A DNA stretch of 64,000 nt from Squalus acanthias (lineage: Eukaryota), in contig JASTWF010000036.1 in assembly GCA_030390025.1 (NCBI GenBank), forward strand, positions 2,978,001 to 3,042,000, written 5' to 3'. Below are positions 50,922 to 63,480 of the stretch, one piece after another. A program made the translations under genes and the position numbers. The notes beneath the pieces were generated by a model. The model was not told the origin of the DNA. It did no database searches and saw only the letters and a list, made by a program, of their open reading frames with translations. The number at the start of each line of letters is the position of its first letter. Within the stretch, counting starts at the first letter, position 1.

Positions 50922-51644
50922 CACCCCCCTCATTCTAAAGTTCTGTTTTTTTTCTGGGCGTGAATTTTGTACCCTTTCAGTTAAGGGACAAGGGAATGGA
51001 ATTTTATTTTCACCTTTTGCTTGCTGTGTCAGCATCAAAATGTCTAGGTCAGACTTAACACAGCTTAGATGCAGCATTAAGCTGTCTCTACTCTGCCCCA
51101 ATGATGTCCTAAAGAGTACCCTGTGCTGAACCAATCTGACAGTTCCATTTCCCACACCACTATCCATCCTGATGGCTTCTCGGAGTGTGCTGACACTTGA
51201 GACCAATTAGATGCAGGCAGTTTTGTGTTGTGGGCTTGCACCTACTAGGAACCGAGTTGAGACTGCCCATATGCATTTCAGCTGCCACCGAGAGAAAATC
51301 TGACTGATCACATCAGTCTTGCATTCAAGCCCAAATCCTAGAGGTGATAAGTCAGTGTTGTAACCTTTTGTGTCACTCAATGCCTCAGTTTCAAACTAGC
51401 CTTTGATTGAGTACAGTCACAATTGATATCAAAGGTTTATTTTACATCAACTACATTACACATAACGTTCTTGCCATTTCTTTACCTAATTAGTAAGTTA
51501 TTGGAAACTATTACAAACGAAGGTAAGCAGATCATGTAGACAAAGTTTAATTTGACAGGGAGTCCTTTCAGATGCCATTAAGAATAATAAGAAATGAGCT
51601 TGTGTTAAAACAGTTTTTGAGTGAGGTCTGTAACTGAGCCTTAC

Positions 51645-51832
51645 CATTGAAAAAGGTCCTTGCCCGCAAGTAGCTGACAGTCAGGCGTAGAACCGACAGC
51701 TTGTCGAGTTTTGAAGTTACCTCCTCAGGAAATGGTAGGAGCCCAGCCAACTGTTCCAGCTCCGCATTCACCCTTTCCCTGTGTCTTCTGGATGGATTTG
51801 ACTTCACTTCCTCTGGAGGCTCTACTTTGGCA
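51645..51832 (-). CDS. AHR: AHR exon 2 (bHLH), 188 nt
   Basis: [52 protein letters not shown] with AG and GTAAGG boundaries. Confidence 0.96.
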
Positions 51833-52280
51833 CTAACATAACACCAAGAGTCAGAACAAGCCAAAACTGAGCATTGTCCTTTGCATATTATATCTTAAAC
51901 AAGTGTAAATAATTCATCAATAACAAGTTGCAAATGTTAAGGTATGGATCTTGCACATTATTCCCCCAAGTCTATTCTTTATTTTTATTGTATTGCCCTT
52001 TGATCTGCTCCCCAGCCACTACACGCATTACCCATCCAAGAGAATGGGCAAGTCGTCTATTCCCAAGCTTCTGCAATTGGCACTTTCAAGATTTTTCTCG
52101 TAGAGCAGACTGGGCTGATTTGCTCACTGAACTTCCCTCCCTCTCCACGTGGATTTCCCGAATCACTGCTCAGCACCTCCTGGAACAAGGGCTGAAACTC
52201 ACTTGCCCTACGATAGGGAATCACAGGCGTACAATTTCATTTAAATATAACACACCTCTTGTTGGAACCAAAAGTGTTCG

Positions 52281-52738
52281 CCATGGCTCAGTTCATACCC
52301 CTCTCACCTATAAGTCAGAAGGTTGTGGGTTCAAGTCCCACTCCAGAACACACAATCCAGGCTGACACTCCCAGTGCAGTATTGAGGGAGCGCTGCACTG
52401 CCGGAGGTGCCATCTTTCGGATGAGACGTTAAACCGAGGCCCCATCTGCCCTCTCGGGTGGACGTAAAAGATCCTGTGGCACTATTTCGAAGAAGAGCAG
52501 GGGGGAGTTCTCCCCGGTGTCCCGGCCAATGTTTATCCCTCAACCAACATCACTAAAACAGATGATCTGGTCATTATCACATTGCTGTTTGTGGGAGCTT
52601 GCTGTGCGCAAATTGGCTGCCGCGTTTCCTACATTACAACAGTGACTACACTTCAAAAAAGTACTTAGTTGGCTGTAAAGCGCTTTGGGACATCCTGAGG
52701 TCGTGAAAGGCGCGATAGAAATGCAAGTCTGCCTTTCA
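52281..52738 (+). mobile_element. Full-length SacSINE1/DeuSINE-type SINE
   Basis: Complete head, body and tail. Confidence 0.9.
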
Positions 52739-53534
52739 TTTTTCAACTGGAGCTGTGGAATTGTACTCATGTCCCCAGTCACGTACCATCCCAAGCACTG
52801 TTAACTCCTCATTCTGAATCCCATAAAATATTAAAGAAACTGAAGGGAGGGAGGTCATTTCTTAACGTGATGCTTTTATAATTATTCAAATATGTGAAAT
52901 GTTGCCTTCCTTTGTATATAGTACCTGTATACAGTGACTTATCACATTTCCCAGAAGTGTCTCAAAGCGCTTCACACAGTGAATCATTTTTGGAGTGCAG
53001 TCATTGATATGTAGGCAAACAATCGTTCGTGGCTTAATCGGATGTTCAATGCAGTTCATCAGCTCTACCAGAATATGTCCATATGTGAAGCACAAGTCAG
53101 AATTTATGCAGAATCCAATGTCTAATATACAATTTAATAACTCACTTTTGTTACGAATGGCTTGTTTCTGTGTTGTACATTCTATGCAATCAAAGAGAGC
53201 AGGACGATGGAGGGCTAACCAAGTACATTAATGCACTTAACTGTAGAGGAATAGACTGTAATTACACAGTCTCAAATTTTACTGTTTGAAACTTACAGTG
53301 CCTTCATTTCTTTGTTTTATATTTTCCTGCAATTTGGCAAAGTATTAAACATAAGACTCAAGATATACACACACACACATAAATACACACACATATATAC
53401 ATCCATATCTTTTAAAAATTCAGGTCATGACAGTTCTTTAACCCTCTTAAATACATGAGTTAATATAATTCTAAATGCATTTCCAAATCGCAGATTTAAA
53501 CTCACACAATATATTTAATTTTTTTTAAACTTAC

Positions 53535-53575
53535 GGTTTTTTAATAGGTTTCTTTCTTCTTCGTCCAGCGTACAT
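53535..53575 (-). CDS. AHR: AHR exon 1 coding part, 41 nt
   Basis: ATG TAC GCT GGA CGA AGA AGA AAG AAA CCT (MYAGRRRKKP, AHR N-terminal basic/NLS motif). Donor CC|GTAAGT, phase 2, matches exon 2. Confidence 0.93.
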
Positions 53576-53960
53576 TTTTCTCTCTCAATTATCTTTCACC
53601 GATGATTGTATATTAAATCCTTGGCAATTAAAAAAAATATATTTTTTCATCTAACGGCAAAGTGCAGAAATCGAAGTGTTAAGGAGGGTTCGAGGTGATT
53701 GTTGCTACTAACTGTGTGGATATTCCTGGGGACAGCTCGAGTGATGCTGCAGGCAGGTTGTTTACTATCCCACCCGGATTTTATCAATGCTGCCCAATGT
53801 AACTGACTTCAACGTGTGTCAGTTTCCAGGTTCCACTGGACAGTGAAATTGACGCGACTCCCTGCCAGGCGGCGCTATTACACCGTGCGCTGTGTTTCCC
53901 ATTTAAAGGTGCGTCAGTGGAAATATTGTTAGGCAGATTTTCTCGAAAGCGATGTGAATG
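53576..53960 (-). promoter_or_regulatory. Putative 5' UTR and proximal promoter of the AHR gene
   Basis: Repeat-free, locally CpG-retaining stretch immediately upstream of the ATG, with TGACGC half-sites and a TTTAAA near 53902. The TSS cannot be determined. Confidence 0.45.
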
Positions 53961-55254
53961 GTACTGTCTGCAATAAAGAAATATTGTTTGTGTCACCAAA
54001 TTTCAGCATGAAAGAGCTGTTTTTTTTAAAAAAAAGGTAAGTGTACTATCATTAACACCGTTCTAGAAAATTTCATAATCCAGCCCTACCTTTTTGTTGA
54101 GGTGAATTCCCAGAGTCACAGCAGACTGTTGGGAGAGGCTGTTGTAAGAATGAGGCAATCCTCCATATTTTGTAGTCTGTGCAAAGATACATGATTGTGT
54201 GATAGCCATAAAATCACCAAGCACCCATTGAACACGGTGACAGAAAAGCAAAATACTGCGGATGCTGGAAATACTCAGCAGGTCAGGCAGCGTCTGTGGA
54301 GAGAGAAACAGAGTTAACGTTTCAGGTCGGTGATGGTATCCTGGGCCTCCCAATTGGGATCCCGCCTAGATCCTAATATGGGAGGGCTGTTAGATTTTCT
54401 TCTCAATGCACTCTGTTGGAGCCCCACCCCCACCGAGGTAGCTGCAAGAGTACCACTGCCCTTGCCCCTACCCCATGTGGACTGAAGCACTATGGAAGAT
54501 AGCCCAGTCCCACAAAAGGATCCACCTTTTATGGTTGAACCAGGAAGAATTCTTCAAAAATTGGTTCCTGTTCCTGGCACCCTGGCATGCCAACAGCAAC
54601 CCTGACATAAGTCTGCAAGTACTCCACCCATCCAAACAGGGCAACTATCAAAGACCTGGTGGTACAACCAAAACCCACCAGCTATTGGTAAACCTGGGGG
54701 GGGCGGGGGGGAGGGGTTGTGGCCACGGCAGTGTACCCTAGTGCCACTGCTACCACTGCTACTCCCTGGAATCAGTCCCCAGGAATGTCATCAACCCCAG
54801 CCACTCAGTCAAGCTCACTCACTACCACAACTGCCTGAGAGGGTGGTGGAGGCAGACTCAATCGTGGCTTTCAAAAGGGAATTGGATAAGTGCCTGAAGG
54901 AAAGAAATTTGCAGGGCTACGGGGTAAGGGCGGGGGAGTGGGACTACATACTTTGAGTGGTATGCCACGTTAACCTGTTGTAACCAAAGGACAATTTGTC
55001 CTGCAATGCAAACTATCCTGGCAGCCAATATTCATGTCCCACGAGTAGAGCAGGCTGTACCTGCCTGCTTCATAGACCCAGTCTGCCTGAAACTTCATGA
55101 AAGGGACAAATTACCATTTAATGAAGCAGAACTTGATGGTTAAAAAGAAAGTGTAGGGGGAGGTTACTTCCCATTCAAAGTTTAAACAGGACAGCCACCT
55201 GAACAATCTAGTCTGATACTTCAGTACACTACTGAGGAAGTGCTGCACTGTTGA

Positions 55255-55570
55255 ATCATAGAATGGTTACAGCACAGAAGGAGGCCATTCGGCCTGTCGA
55301 GCCCGTGCCGACTCTCTGCAAGAGCACTTCAGCTAGTCCCACTCCCCCGCCCTTTCCCCGTAGCCCTGCAATTTTTTTTCCTTCAGGTACTTATCCAACT
55401 CCCTTTTAGAAGCCACGATTGAATCGGCCTCCACCACCTTTCAGGCAGTGCATTCCAGATCCTAACCACTCGCTGTGTAAAAAAGTTTTTCCTCATGTCG
55501 CCTTTGGTTCTTCTGCCAATCACCTTAAATCTGTGTCCTCTGGTTCTCGACATTTCCGCCAAGAAGAACA
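55255..55570 (-). mobile_element. CR1 3' fragment
   Basis: SRTRGHRFKV..RKNFFTQRVVRIWNALP plus the 3' UTR. Confidence 0.85.
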
Positions 55571-56299
55571 ATCCTATCTTTGAGAAGTTTCAATCACATG
55601 ATAAGGCACTATTAAAAGGCAAGCATTATTTCGTTCATGTGTCACCTGCATTGAAATCATTTTAATCAGCTCATGGAGACCCACTGCAGCCACTCTGCTG
55701 GTTCCAGTTATGAGGAGGATCTATCTGCATTTGCTTTATAAAATTGAGGAACCAAGAGCGAAAAGCCACGTTCCTGAGTGCAGGACAGCACCAAGGCTGT
55801 TGGAGTTGGGGAAAAGAGGAAGTAAATCTTGAAGTGGCAATTAAGAGACGCCAAGTTTGGATGTTAAACAGAGAGGCCCCATTAGATTCACCGGAGTCAG
55901 AACTTCAGACCAGCAGTCTAGTTTAACCCCTGGAGTTCCATCTCATGCAAATTCTACTTTAACCTGCTGGTAAACCAGTCTTGTTAAATTTCAACTTGAG
56001 TTGCTTCTTGTGATCTGCACTCACACTTGGGGCAAAGTGGAACCAGACCCCAGTATCTTCAGGAGACAAAAAAGGGAGAAAATTGGACGACTAAACTTGT
56101 TTTAAAAAATACATCTCAATTAAAGTATTGACAGACTGGCTTTGCATTTATAAGAATCAATGAGAACAGGATATTCAATATGGGGCGATGTTGGATTAAA
56201 ACAGAATTTGTTTTTCTGACTCACCGCTCGAATACAACACAATCTACTCTGAATTCAAAGATGCTTCATTCAAATTTGCAAAAAAAAATAAAAATCAGA

Positions 56300-57060
56300 C
56301 AGACTGTGTAGTGCAGTGGGGTAGGTGGTGACCTTTTATCTCTAGGACCAGGGTTCAAATCCAGCTCTGACTGACGGGATGAGAGCCTCCTCTGTCTATG
56401 CTCAGGCTGTAAGGATCCTATGTGAAATGAGTTTTTTTAAATTTGTTTTATGGGATGTGGGGGTCGCTGGCAAGGCCCTCGAGAAGGTGGTAGTGAGCCG
56501 CCTTCTTGAACCGCTGCAGTCCGTATTATTTTGTTTCGTAGCGGTTTGTTACAACTGAGTGGCTTGCTAGGCCATTTCAGAGGGCAGTTAAGAGTCAACC
56601 ACATTGCTGTGGGTCTGGAGTCACATATAGGACGGCAGATTTCCTTCCCTAAAAAGGACATTAGTGAACCAGATGGGTTTTTACGACAATCCAATAGTTT
56701 CATGGTTAGCTTTAAAATTCCAGAATTATTTAATTGAATTTAAATTCCCCAGCTGCCGTGGTGGGATTTGAACTCACGTCTCTGGATCATTAGTCCAGGC
56801 TTACTAGCCCAGTGACATTACCACTACGCTACCATTCCCGAGTTTGTTCAGTTTCAATCCAGCTCCTTGTGGGTAAGCCTGTAAAAGTGCCCCTAATTTG
56901 GTACTACTTGGCAATCACGCTCAGCTAGGCTGTTGTGGGAAATGGAAAAATGGTGCATAAAGGGTTCTCGCCTGAGTTCTGAGATTAAGGTACATCAGTG
57001 AGGAAGTTAGGAGCTTTCAACTGATTCTAACTGTGCTATACCTGACCTTGACTGGATGCC
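56300..57060 (+). mobile_element. LF-SINE-like element split by a younger SINE
   Basis: CTCTAGG..GGTTCAAATCCAGC and CCTATGTGAAATGAGTT, resuming at 56840 with CAATCCAGCTCCT..AATTTGGTACTACTTGGCA. Confidence 0.65.
56435..56839 (-). mobile_element. tRNA-derived SINE with GAGTTT TSD
   Basis: Minus-strand head GGTAGCGTAGTGG..GAGTTCAAATCCC. GAGTTT at 56429-56434 and 56840-56845. Confidence 0.8.
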
Positions 57061-58681
57061 TAAAATGGAAAGTATTTCAGAGCCAGCACCAACATTCCTA
57101 TCCTGCATTTGATGAGCACAACATTCACACATTTGGGTAGAAATTCCAAATCTCCTTCCATCACCCTTTCAGGTCACAACAACTCGCTGTGTAAAAAAAA
57201 ATTCTCCTCATCTCCCCCCCCTGGCTTTTTTGCCAATTACCTTAAATCTGTGTCCTCTGATTACCAACCCTCCTGCCACTGGAAACAGTTTCTCCCCATC
57301 TACTCTATCAAAACCCCTCCGAATTTTGAACACCTCTGTTAAACATCTAACAGTTTTTGCAACACAGCCCCCAAAAAAGAACTGTTCGAAAGAACAGCAA
57401 AAAGCAGAATAGTGGAGTGGTAAAAAAGTAAAGTTGCAATTGTTGGAAGTCGGAAGTGAAAACAGAAAATGCTGAGCAGGTTAAGTAGCTTCTGCAAGAG
57501 AAAGGGGAGTTAATGATTCAGGTGTGACCTTTCATCACCTCTGCTGTGCATTCCAAGCCCTGTTGGATAAACCAGGATCAAGATCTTATCTTGAAACTGT
57601 TGAAATACAAATTGTGATAATTCGGAGAGACTCCATCGTGCAGGGTAACATTAAACAGGCGCCACACAATTTGCAGCATTTTCCTTGCCGTAGCTGACAC
57701 GCAAAGTCGGCTCGAGTTGCCTGAAACCATTGCCACAGAAAAGGAGCACAAAGCCATTGAAGGGAACTCTAGCCAGATTAGCAGCCTCAGCAAGTGACCC
57801 CTCCCACTCAACATAAAGGACGTGTTGATAGTCAATGTGGTGGAAGCAGTCATAATGTTAGGGAAACACACACACCGTTGTAAACAGAGGTGCACCTCCA
57901 GCATGAAGTTGTGGTGGTAAACAAGAGTGCGCTATTTTAGGGCTTGCATACTATATTTAAAAGGATACTCTAAACTCAATTTACAGCCACTGTAATGTTG
58001 CTCCGTGTAAGAAATGCCCAATTTGTGATGATGGCAGATACCTCCTGCTCCACTGACCTTATGGTGTTCCAACACCAGCATCAGCAGCAGTGTTGTAAAG
58101 TAAATGAGGCAATGCTGTTGTCTCTGGAGGCCTAGTGGTCTGCTAAGGAGGTAGTTTTCACTGGCACCAAGGCAGCATTGCTCTGGCCACCCAAGAGCTC
58201 AGCCTACCCATACAGTCCACAGATGTGCTTGTTCTTTGCTAGCCTGCATGACCCAGCCCCAGTCACCATGGAAGGTCCAATAGCCAGAAGATATTGTTGC
58301 AAACCATGACTTTCAAGCTATTGTATGTACACGGGCTTACACATGTGCAGTTGTCTATTGCTCCCATGTCATGAAATCTGTCCCTTAACACGAAGAGGGC
58401 TGATTCCACAGCACCAAGAGCCCAAGCCTATTAGAGTCACTTCTTCAAGCAACTCTGTGATACAAATGCTGCATTACAGAACCACCCATGGTCCCAGAGT
58501 TCATTGTGGGTCTATATTGTCCATGAGAATAATTTACGTGCTCAGGTTACTTTAATGGTGTTCTACCTGATGGCATCGCAGACCCACCATGAAACGTTTG
58601 GATTATTCTGTAGAATATTCTCAGATATCAATTGAAAAGCTTTTATGAAGCAGACGTTACAAGATTAGACCAGGCATTTCA

Positions 58682-59093
58682 AGAAAGACTTGCATTTCTA
58701 TAGCGCCTTTCACAACCTCAGGCCATCTCAAAGTGCTTTACAGCCAATAAAGTACTTTTGAAGTGTACTGACTGTTGTAACATAGGAAACCCGGCAGCCA
58801 ATTTGCACACAGCAAGCTCCCATAAACAGCAACGTGATAATGACCAGATAATCTGGTTTTTTTTTAGTGATGTTGGTTGAGGGATAAATATTGGCCAGGA
58901 CACCGGGGAGAACTCCCCTGCTCTTCTTCAGAATAGTGCCATGGGATCGTTGACATCCACGGCTCATCTGAAAGACAGCACCTCCAACAGTGTCAGCCTA
59001 GCTTTATGTGCTGAAGTCTCTGGAGTGGGACTGTGAACCCCCAACCTTCTGACTCAGAGGCGAGAGTGCTACCCACTGAGACACGGCTGACAC
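58682..59093 (-). mobile_element. SacSINE1/DeuSINE-type SINE
   Basis: Head, body and tail present with internal deletions. Confidence 0.88.
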
Positions 59094-59094
59094 T

Positions 59095-59380
59095 GTATAA
59101 ATGGTGGCACAGTAGGTGTGGAGCAGTACTGCAAAGCGAGAGACTACACATCTGATCACCCCCACTTGGCAAAGTTCCTTATCTTAGCAGCCTACTGTGA
59201 CGAGGTATAGAGGAGTTGTATTCCCAGAGTATTGGTATGTTTATCATAATTCGTGTTGCCAATTGTGCACCTGCACGTAGTGTCTTTTTATCAACAGAAA
59301 TGGCTACTGTTCCATCAATGTACAGATGGTATACCACCACCAGCAAGAAGTTATGCAAGTTAATGCTTAATTTCCAGGAG
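59095..59380 (+). pseudogene. Fossil PIF/Harbinger (HARBI1-like DDE) transposase fragment
   Basis: FINRNGYCSINVQMVYHHQQEVMQVNA*FPG versus the family motif FxNRKGxHSINVQxVCDxxxxxxxVxAxxPGS. Upstream YCKARDY and VAxxAP remnants. Confidence 0.7.
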
Positions 59381-59979
59381 AGACTGGCAGCAAATTGAAA
59401 ACCAGCTTTCTGTTCCTTTGCTTCTGCCTACATGCTGCTCTTGGGAGGCTGAGTCCTGACAGCAGGCATTGATCTCTCTGAGCGTAGACAGAAGAACCAC
59501 TACAGGGTCTCTGAATCCCTGCTTCATGCTTGAAACTGACCTGTAACCTATCTCGGAGTGTGAGTCTCAACACCTCGGGATCATTAGTGGAAGCATTCCT
59601 TAGAGATGCTCTAATTGTGCCAGCTAGCTGCATGCCTAAGGTATCACTTGCAGAGGCCACTGATGGTCTATGCTGCTCATTGGCAGGCTGCAAGCAGAGG
59701 ATACTTTGCTGCGTAACATTACCAAACTGGGTAGTAGAATCCTCAATCTATCCTTATCCAGACCGGCGGGCTTCATCTTGTACAATTGAGCAAGGGACTT
59801 GTTCACCAAATCAAGCTCATGAGTAATCCTGTTTCATTGGTGACCCCATGAAGTCTGAATGAGAAGGTGGCATACAGGAACAATCTTCTTCACCCACCAC
59901 CTCTGCCAGTGCCTCATCCATGATCAGTGACTCACCCTGTTTTGCCTTGTCGACGTCATGAATACCCTCTGGAGTGTAC

Positions 59980-60744
59980 GGGCCAGAATTTGCTGTAGCA
60001 GGGCATCTGCCATTAGTTAGACTTGCCCCTGCACACTTCAGCTCAAAAAATTTTGCCCACAAAATTGCTGAAAGTATGTGCTGATAATGGCACAGCGAGG
60101 GAAACAGGGCAATCTGGGACCCGAGTGAACAGGGCAACCAACAGGGCATCTCCACAACCAATGAGATTGAAGGATTGGGAAATAAACAGCGGAAGGACTG
60201 AGAAGGAAGGTAAATTAAAGGACATGAATTCAATGTCAAATCAGTAACAAAAAGAGAAATAAAGAGAGGGAAAGAAAGATTGGATAAAGAGAGAGAGAGA
60301 AAAGAGACAGAAAGGAAAAGTAAGAAAAAAAAATTAAAAATTTGACATTTTTGAATTCTCCTAAAACAATTCATAACCTGAAGGAATGAGACTCCACAAT
60401 TATAATAGTTAATTTTCGGTGCTAGAGGTTGATCGGCAGTAATTAACAATAATCACATCTCTAAAAAGGGTACTTGCACGAATTACTAGCCCTAAGTATC
60501 AACGGCGGCTTTAGTTCGTATCTATCACGCAAATACAGCAACTTCACGCCATTCAATGCATTTCACTGGTGAGGCAGTCACCGCGATGCCATTTTCGCGA
60601 AGCTAACGGTGGAGCGGCGCAACTCGGACAGCGACTTTTGGATTCCTGCGTTTAACCGCGCATCTGCTCCTCGCCTGAAGTTTGTGCATAAATAACGGCG
60701 AGTGCCATTCGCCTCACCATTATTTTGACAGCAAATTCTAGCCC
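59980..60744. mobile_element. MITE with TIRs, inserted in the Harbinger fossil
   Basis: GGGCCAGAATTTGCTGT ... ACAGCAAATTCTAGCCC. Confidence 0.85.
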
Positions 60745-60889
60745 ATCGTTGCTGCAATGACAGAACCGTGTTCTATTGAATTCAGTTTCACAGTGCAGTA
60801 CAAACACTACTTTGAAAATGATGGAAGTGAAAACCATGGACACATGTAATTACCATTGTACAAGCCAAGAGCATTGTTAGCGCCATAAA

Positions 60890-61930
60890 CTACAGCTTGC
60901 CCTAGGCCCTGTTTGTACAGCCTCGAGCTGATGATCTCTATGATGGCCTCTTCAAGGGGAGGAAGGAACTTTATGTGCTGTGCCCTAGCCCCAGTTCTGC
61001 ACACTATACATTGTTCGAATTGAATTTTGCAGAGAAGACTGCACAAGAATTTTTGTATTGCTCAGCATAGTAAAATGAAATGCAAAATATCTTGCTAATT
61101 GAAATTGGAAAAGCAGAGTAAGTATTTTCCTATCGCCTGTTATATCTGCGCATAAGACTATTTACTGCAAGATAAATGATAGACATACCAATATACAACA
61201 ATTGTGGAGACGAAGAGAATTTGCATTTATATAGTGCCTTTCATGACCTCAGGACATGCCAAAGCACGTCACAGCCAAAGAGTTATATTTGAAGTGTAAT
61301 CACTTGTTTTGTAGGTAAATGTGGCAGCCAATTTGCGCACAGCAAGGTCCCACAAACAGTAATGAGATAGATGACTAGTTAATCTGCTTTAGTGGTGTTG
61401 GTTGAGGGGAAAATATTGGACAGGCATCAGGAGCTCTACTGTGAATCGTGCTTTGGGATTTTTTTACATCAACGTGTACAGGCAGACGGGGCCTCAGTTT
61501 AACCTCTCATTTGAAAGATGACACACTTGACAGTGCAGCACTCCCTCAGTACTGCACTAGAGTGTCAGCCTAGATTATGAACTCAAGTCTCTAGAGTGGG
61601 GCTTGAACCCACGACCTTCTGACTCAGGTAATTGATAAATATATCCATATACAACAATGTGACATAATTGACAGTGATGTTCATTCCTTACCTTAACACT
61701 GTTCTTCAAACTGGACACCTTTTCCCGCACATCCCTCCAAGCGTGGTGGGTGGTAGATACCATGTTTGACTCCTGCCCAATTGCCCAGCTGGAGTCTCTT
61801 ATTTATTAGCATGCTGCCCTTCAAAACCAGTCAGGGCCATTTACCACTCTGTCCCATGATCAACAATAACCTGTAGCGCCTTGTGAGATGAGCAGCTTTT
61901 TGGAATCATTTGCTCTTTCTAGGGGAGCTT
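60890..61930 (-). pseudogene. Fossil Myb/SANT-like DNA-binding gene of a Harbinger element (two exon remnants)
   Basis: VSTTHHAWRDVREKVSSLKNSVK|GTAAGG (donor at 61691), then RTGARAQHIKFLPPLEEAIIEII. Matches the pattern VSxxxRTWxQCRKKxxDL / RTGGGxxxxxxLTPLEE. Confidence 0.62.
61215..61626 (-). mobile_element. SacSINE1/DeuSINE-type SINE
   Basis: Body and tail motifs present. Confidence 0.82.
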
Positions 61931-62267
61931 CAGTTTGCGCAGTCCACAGCTGATTGACACACTGAGCATTATTTATAGCATTTACGTGCCTATTAGGACG
62001 CTTAATGGACGACTCAGCAGCATTATTGCAGGTGCACTCTGACTGGCTGCTCAGTTGCGCGCAAGTTGTAAAGTACCCATCCTTCAAGACAGTGCACCTA
62101 TTGAAGTCACACATCATGAGTGTGCTAAAAGAAAGTGACAACAGTTACTGTCATTGAACCCACGATCAGTCCACCAGGAATAAATTAAACTCCACGGTTT
62201 GATCATGGGCCTTGTCTAAAGGTTGCGTAGGACAAAGCAATGCCTTCGATATTTATAAAGAAAGAAA

Positions 62268-62709
62268 AAGGATTTGCATTTATATAGCGCCTTTCACGAT
62301 CACCGGACGTCCCAAAGCGCTTTCCAGCCAATGAAGTACTTTTTGAGGTGCAGTCACTGTTGTAATGTAGGAAAGCGGCAGCCAATTTGCGCACAGCAAG
62401 CTCCCACAAACAGCAAAGTGATAATGACCAGATAATCTGTTTTTGTTATGTTGGTTGAGGGATAAATAATGGCCAGGACACCGGGGAGAACTCCCCTGCT
62501 CTTCTTCAAAATAGTGCCATGGGATCTTTTAAGTCCACCTGAGAGAGCAGACGGGGCCTCGGTTTAACGTCTCATCCGAAAGATGGCACCTCCGACAGTG
62601 CAGCACTGGAGTGTCAGCCTAGATTTTTGTGCGCAAGTCTCTGGAGTGGGACTGTGAACCCACAACCTTCTGACTCAGAGGCGAGGGTGCTACCCACTGA
62701 GCCACAGCT
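62268..62709 (-). mobile_element. SacSINE1/DeuSINE-type SINE
   Basis: Complete head, body and tail. Confidence 0.9.
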
Positions 62710-63149
62710 GGTATTTCCTGAATTGATACTATGTTCTATGGGAATTAGTATTTTCAGTTGCTTTGGGTGGGAATCTGTTCAGTTGAAAATGAGAGTACTT
62801 GAGACAATTTACGATTGATAACAGTTAACAATGTAGATAAAACTGAAATATCAATGCAAGAGGGTTGATATCATAGCGTACCTCTGCATCAGCGCTAGTC
62901 AGAGGTAAATCATTAACCTAGAGATAAAAGTGCAGGTATCAAATCCATCTAACTGGTCACCCATAATATGCATATGGATATATTTGCCTCTGGTTGCTGT
63001 AATGAGTGTCAAGTGTTACTCCCTCCTGAAATTAAAGAGGGGAGGATAAGATGCACTTGGTACTGGGATCACATTGTAGATGGTGGAGAAAGCAGGAGAT
63101 GATCTGGCAGATGCAAAGGCTAAGGGGATGGAAGTTAACAAACAGGAAA

Positions 63150-63480
63150 CGGGGCAGACTAATTATGGGACCTTCTTAACCGCAGACAAGGGGAAAGTTT
63201 TCAGATGCTGGTGGACCAGATATACATTTCCTGTATTCATTGTTGATAATGAAGGGTTATTAGGAGGCAGGACTATCCTGGCTCCCATAGAGCAAGCAAC
63301 AGAGCCCCATTAAAACAGAACTGCTGGGCCTATTTCTCTTCCCGTGGCAAAAGGGCTTCACCCCCACTCCACAACTGCCATGACTGAAATCAGGGGATCT
63401 CTTTGCCATAGGCCCCTGTCCCATCATGCTGTGGTGCAGTGCATCATAACATTCACCAACTGGCCCTTGAGTGACTGACT
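63150..63480 (+). pseudogene. Possible additional decayed Harbinger transposase N-terminal fragment
   Basis: SLPVAK, SGDL and LSHHAVVQCI..T remnants follow the order of the family motifs ALPVAVK / GDL / ISQxAVHxCIxxVT. Confidence 0.4.

Noticed and set aside
28889..53575. AHRR, ARNT, SIM or HIF identity
   Set aside because: A complete AHR-type PAS-B, the TGEAVLYE motif and a Q-rich TAD are present. AHRR lacks PAS-B and the others have different basic regions.
59817..60449. 210-aa ORF
   Set aside because: Crosses a MITE boundary and a CT-rich low-complexity stretch, so it is not gene-like.
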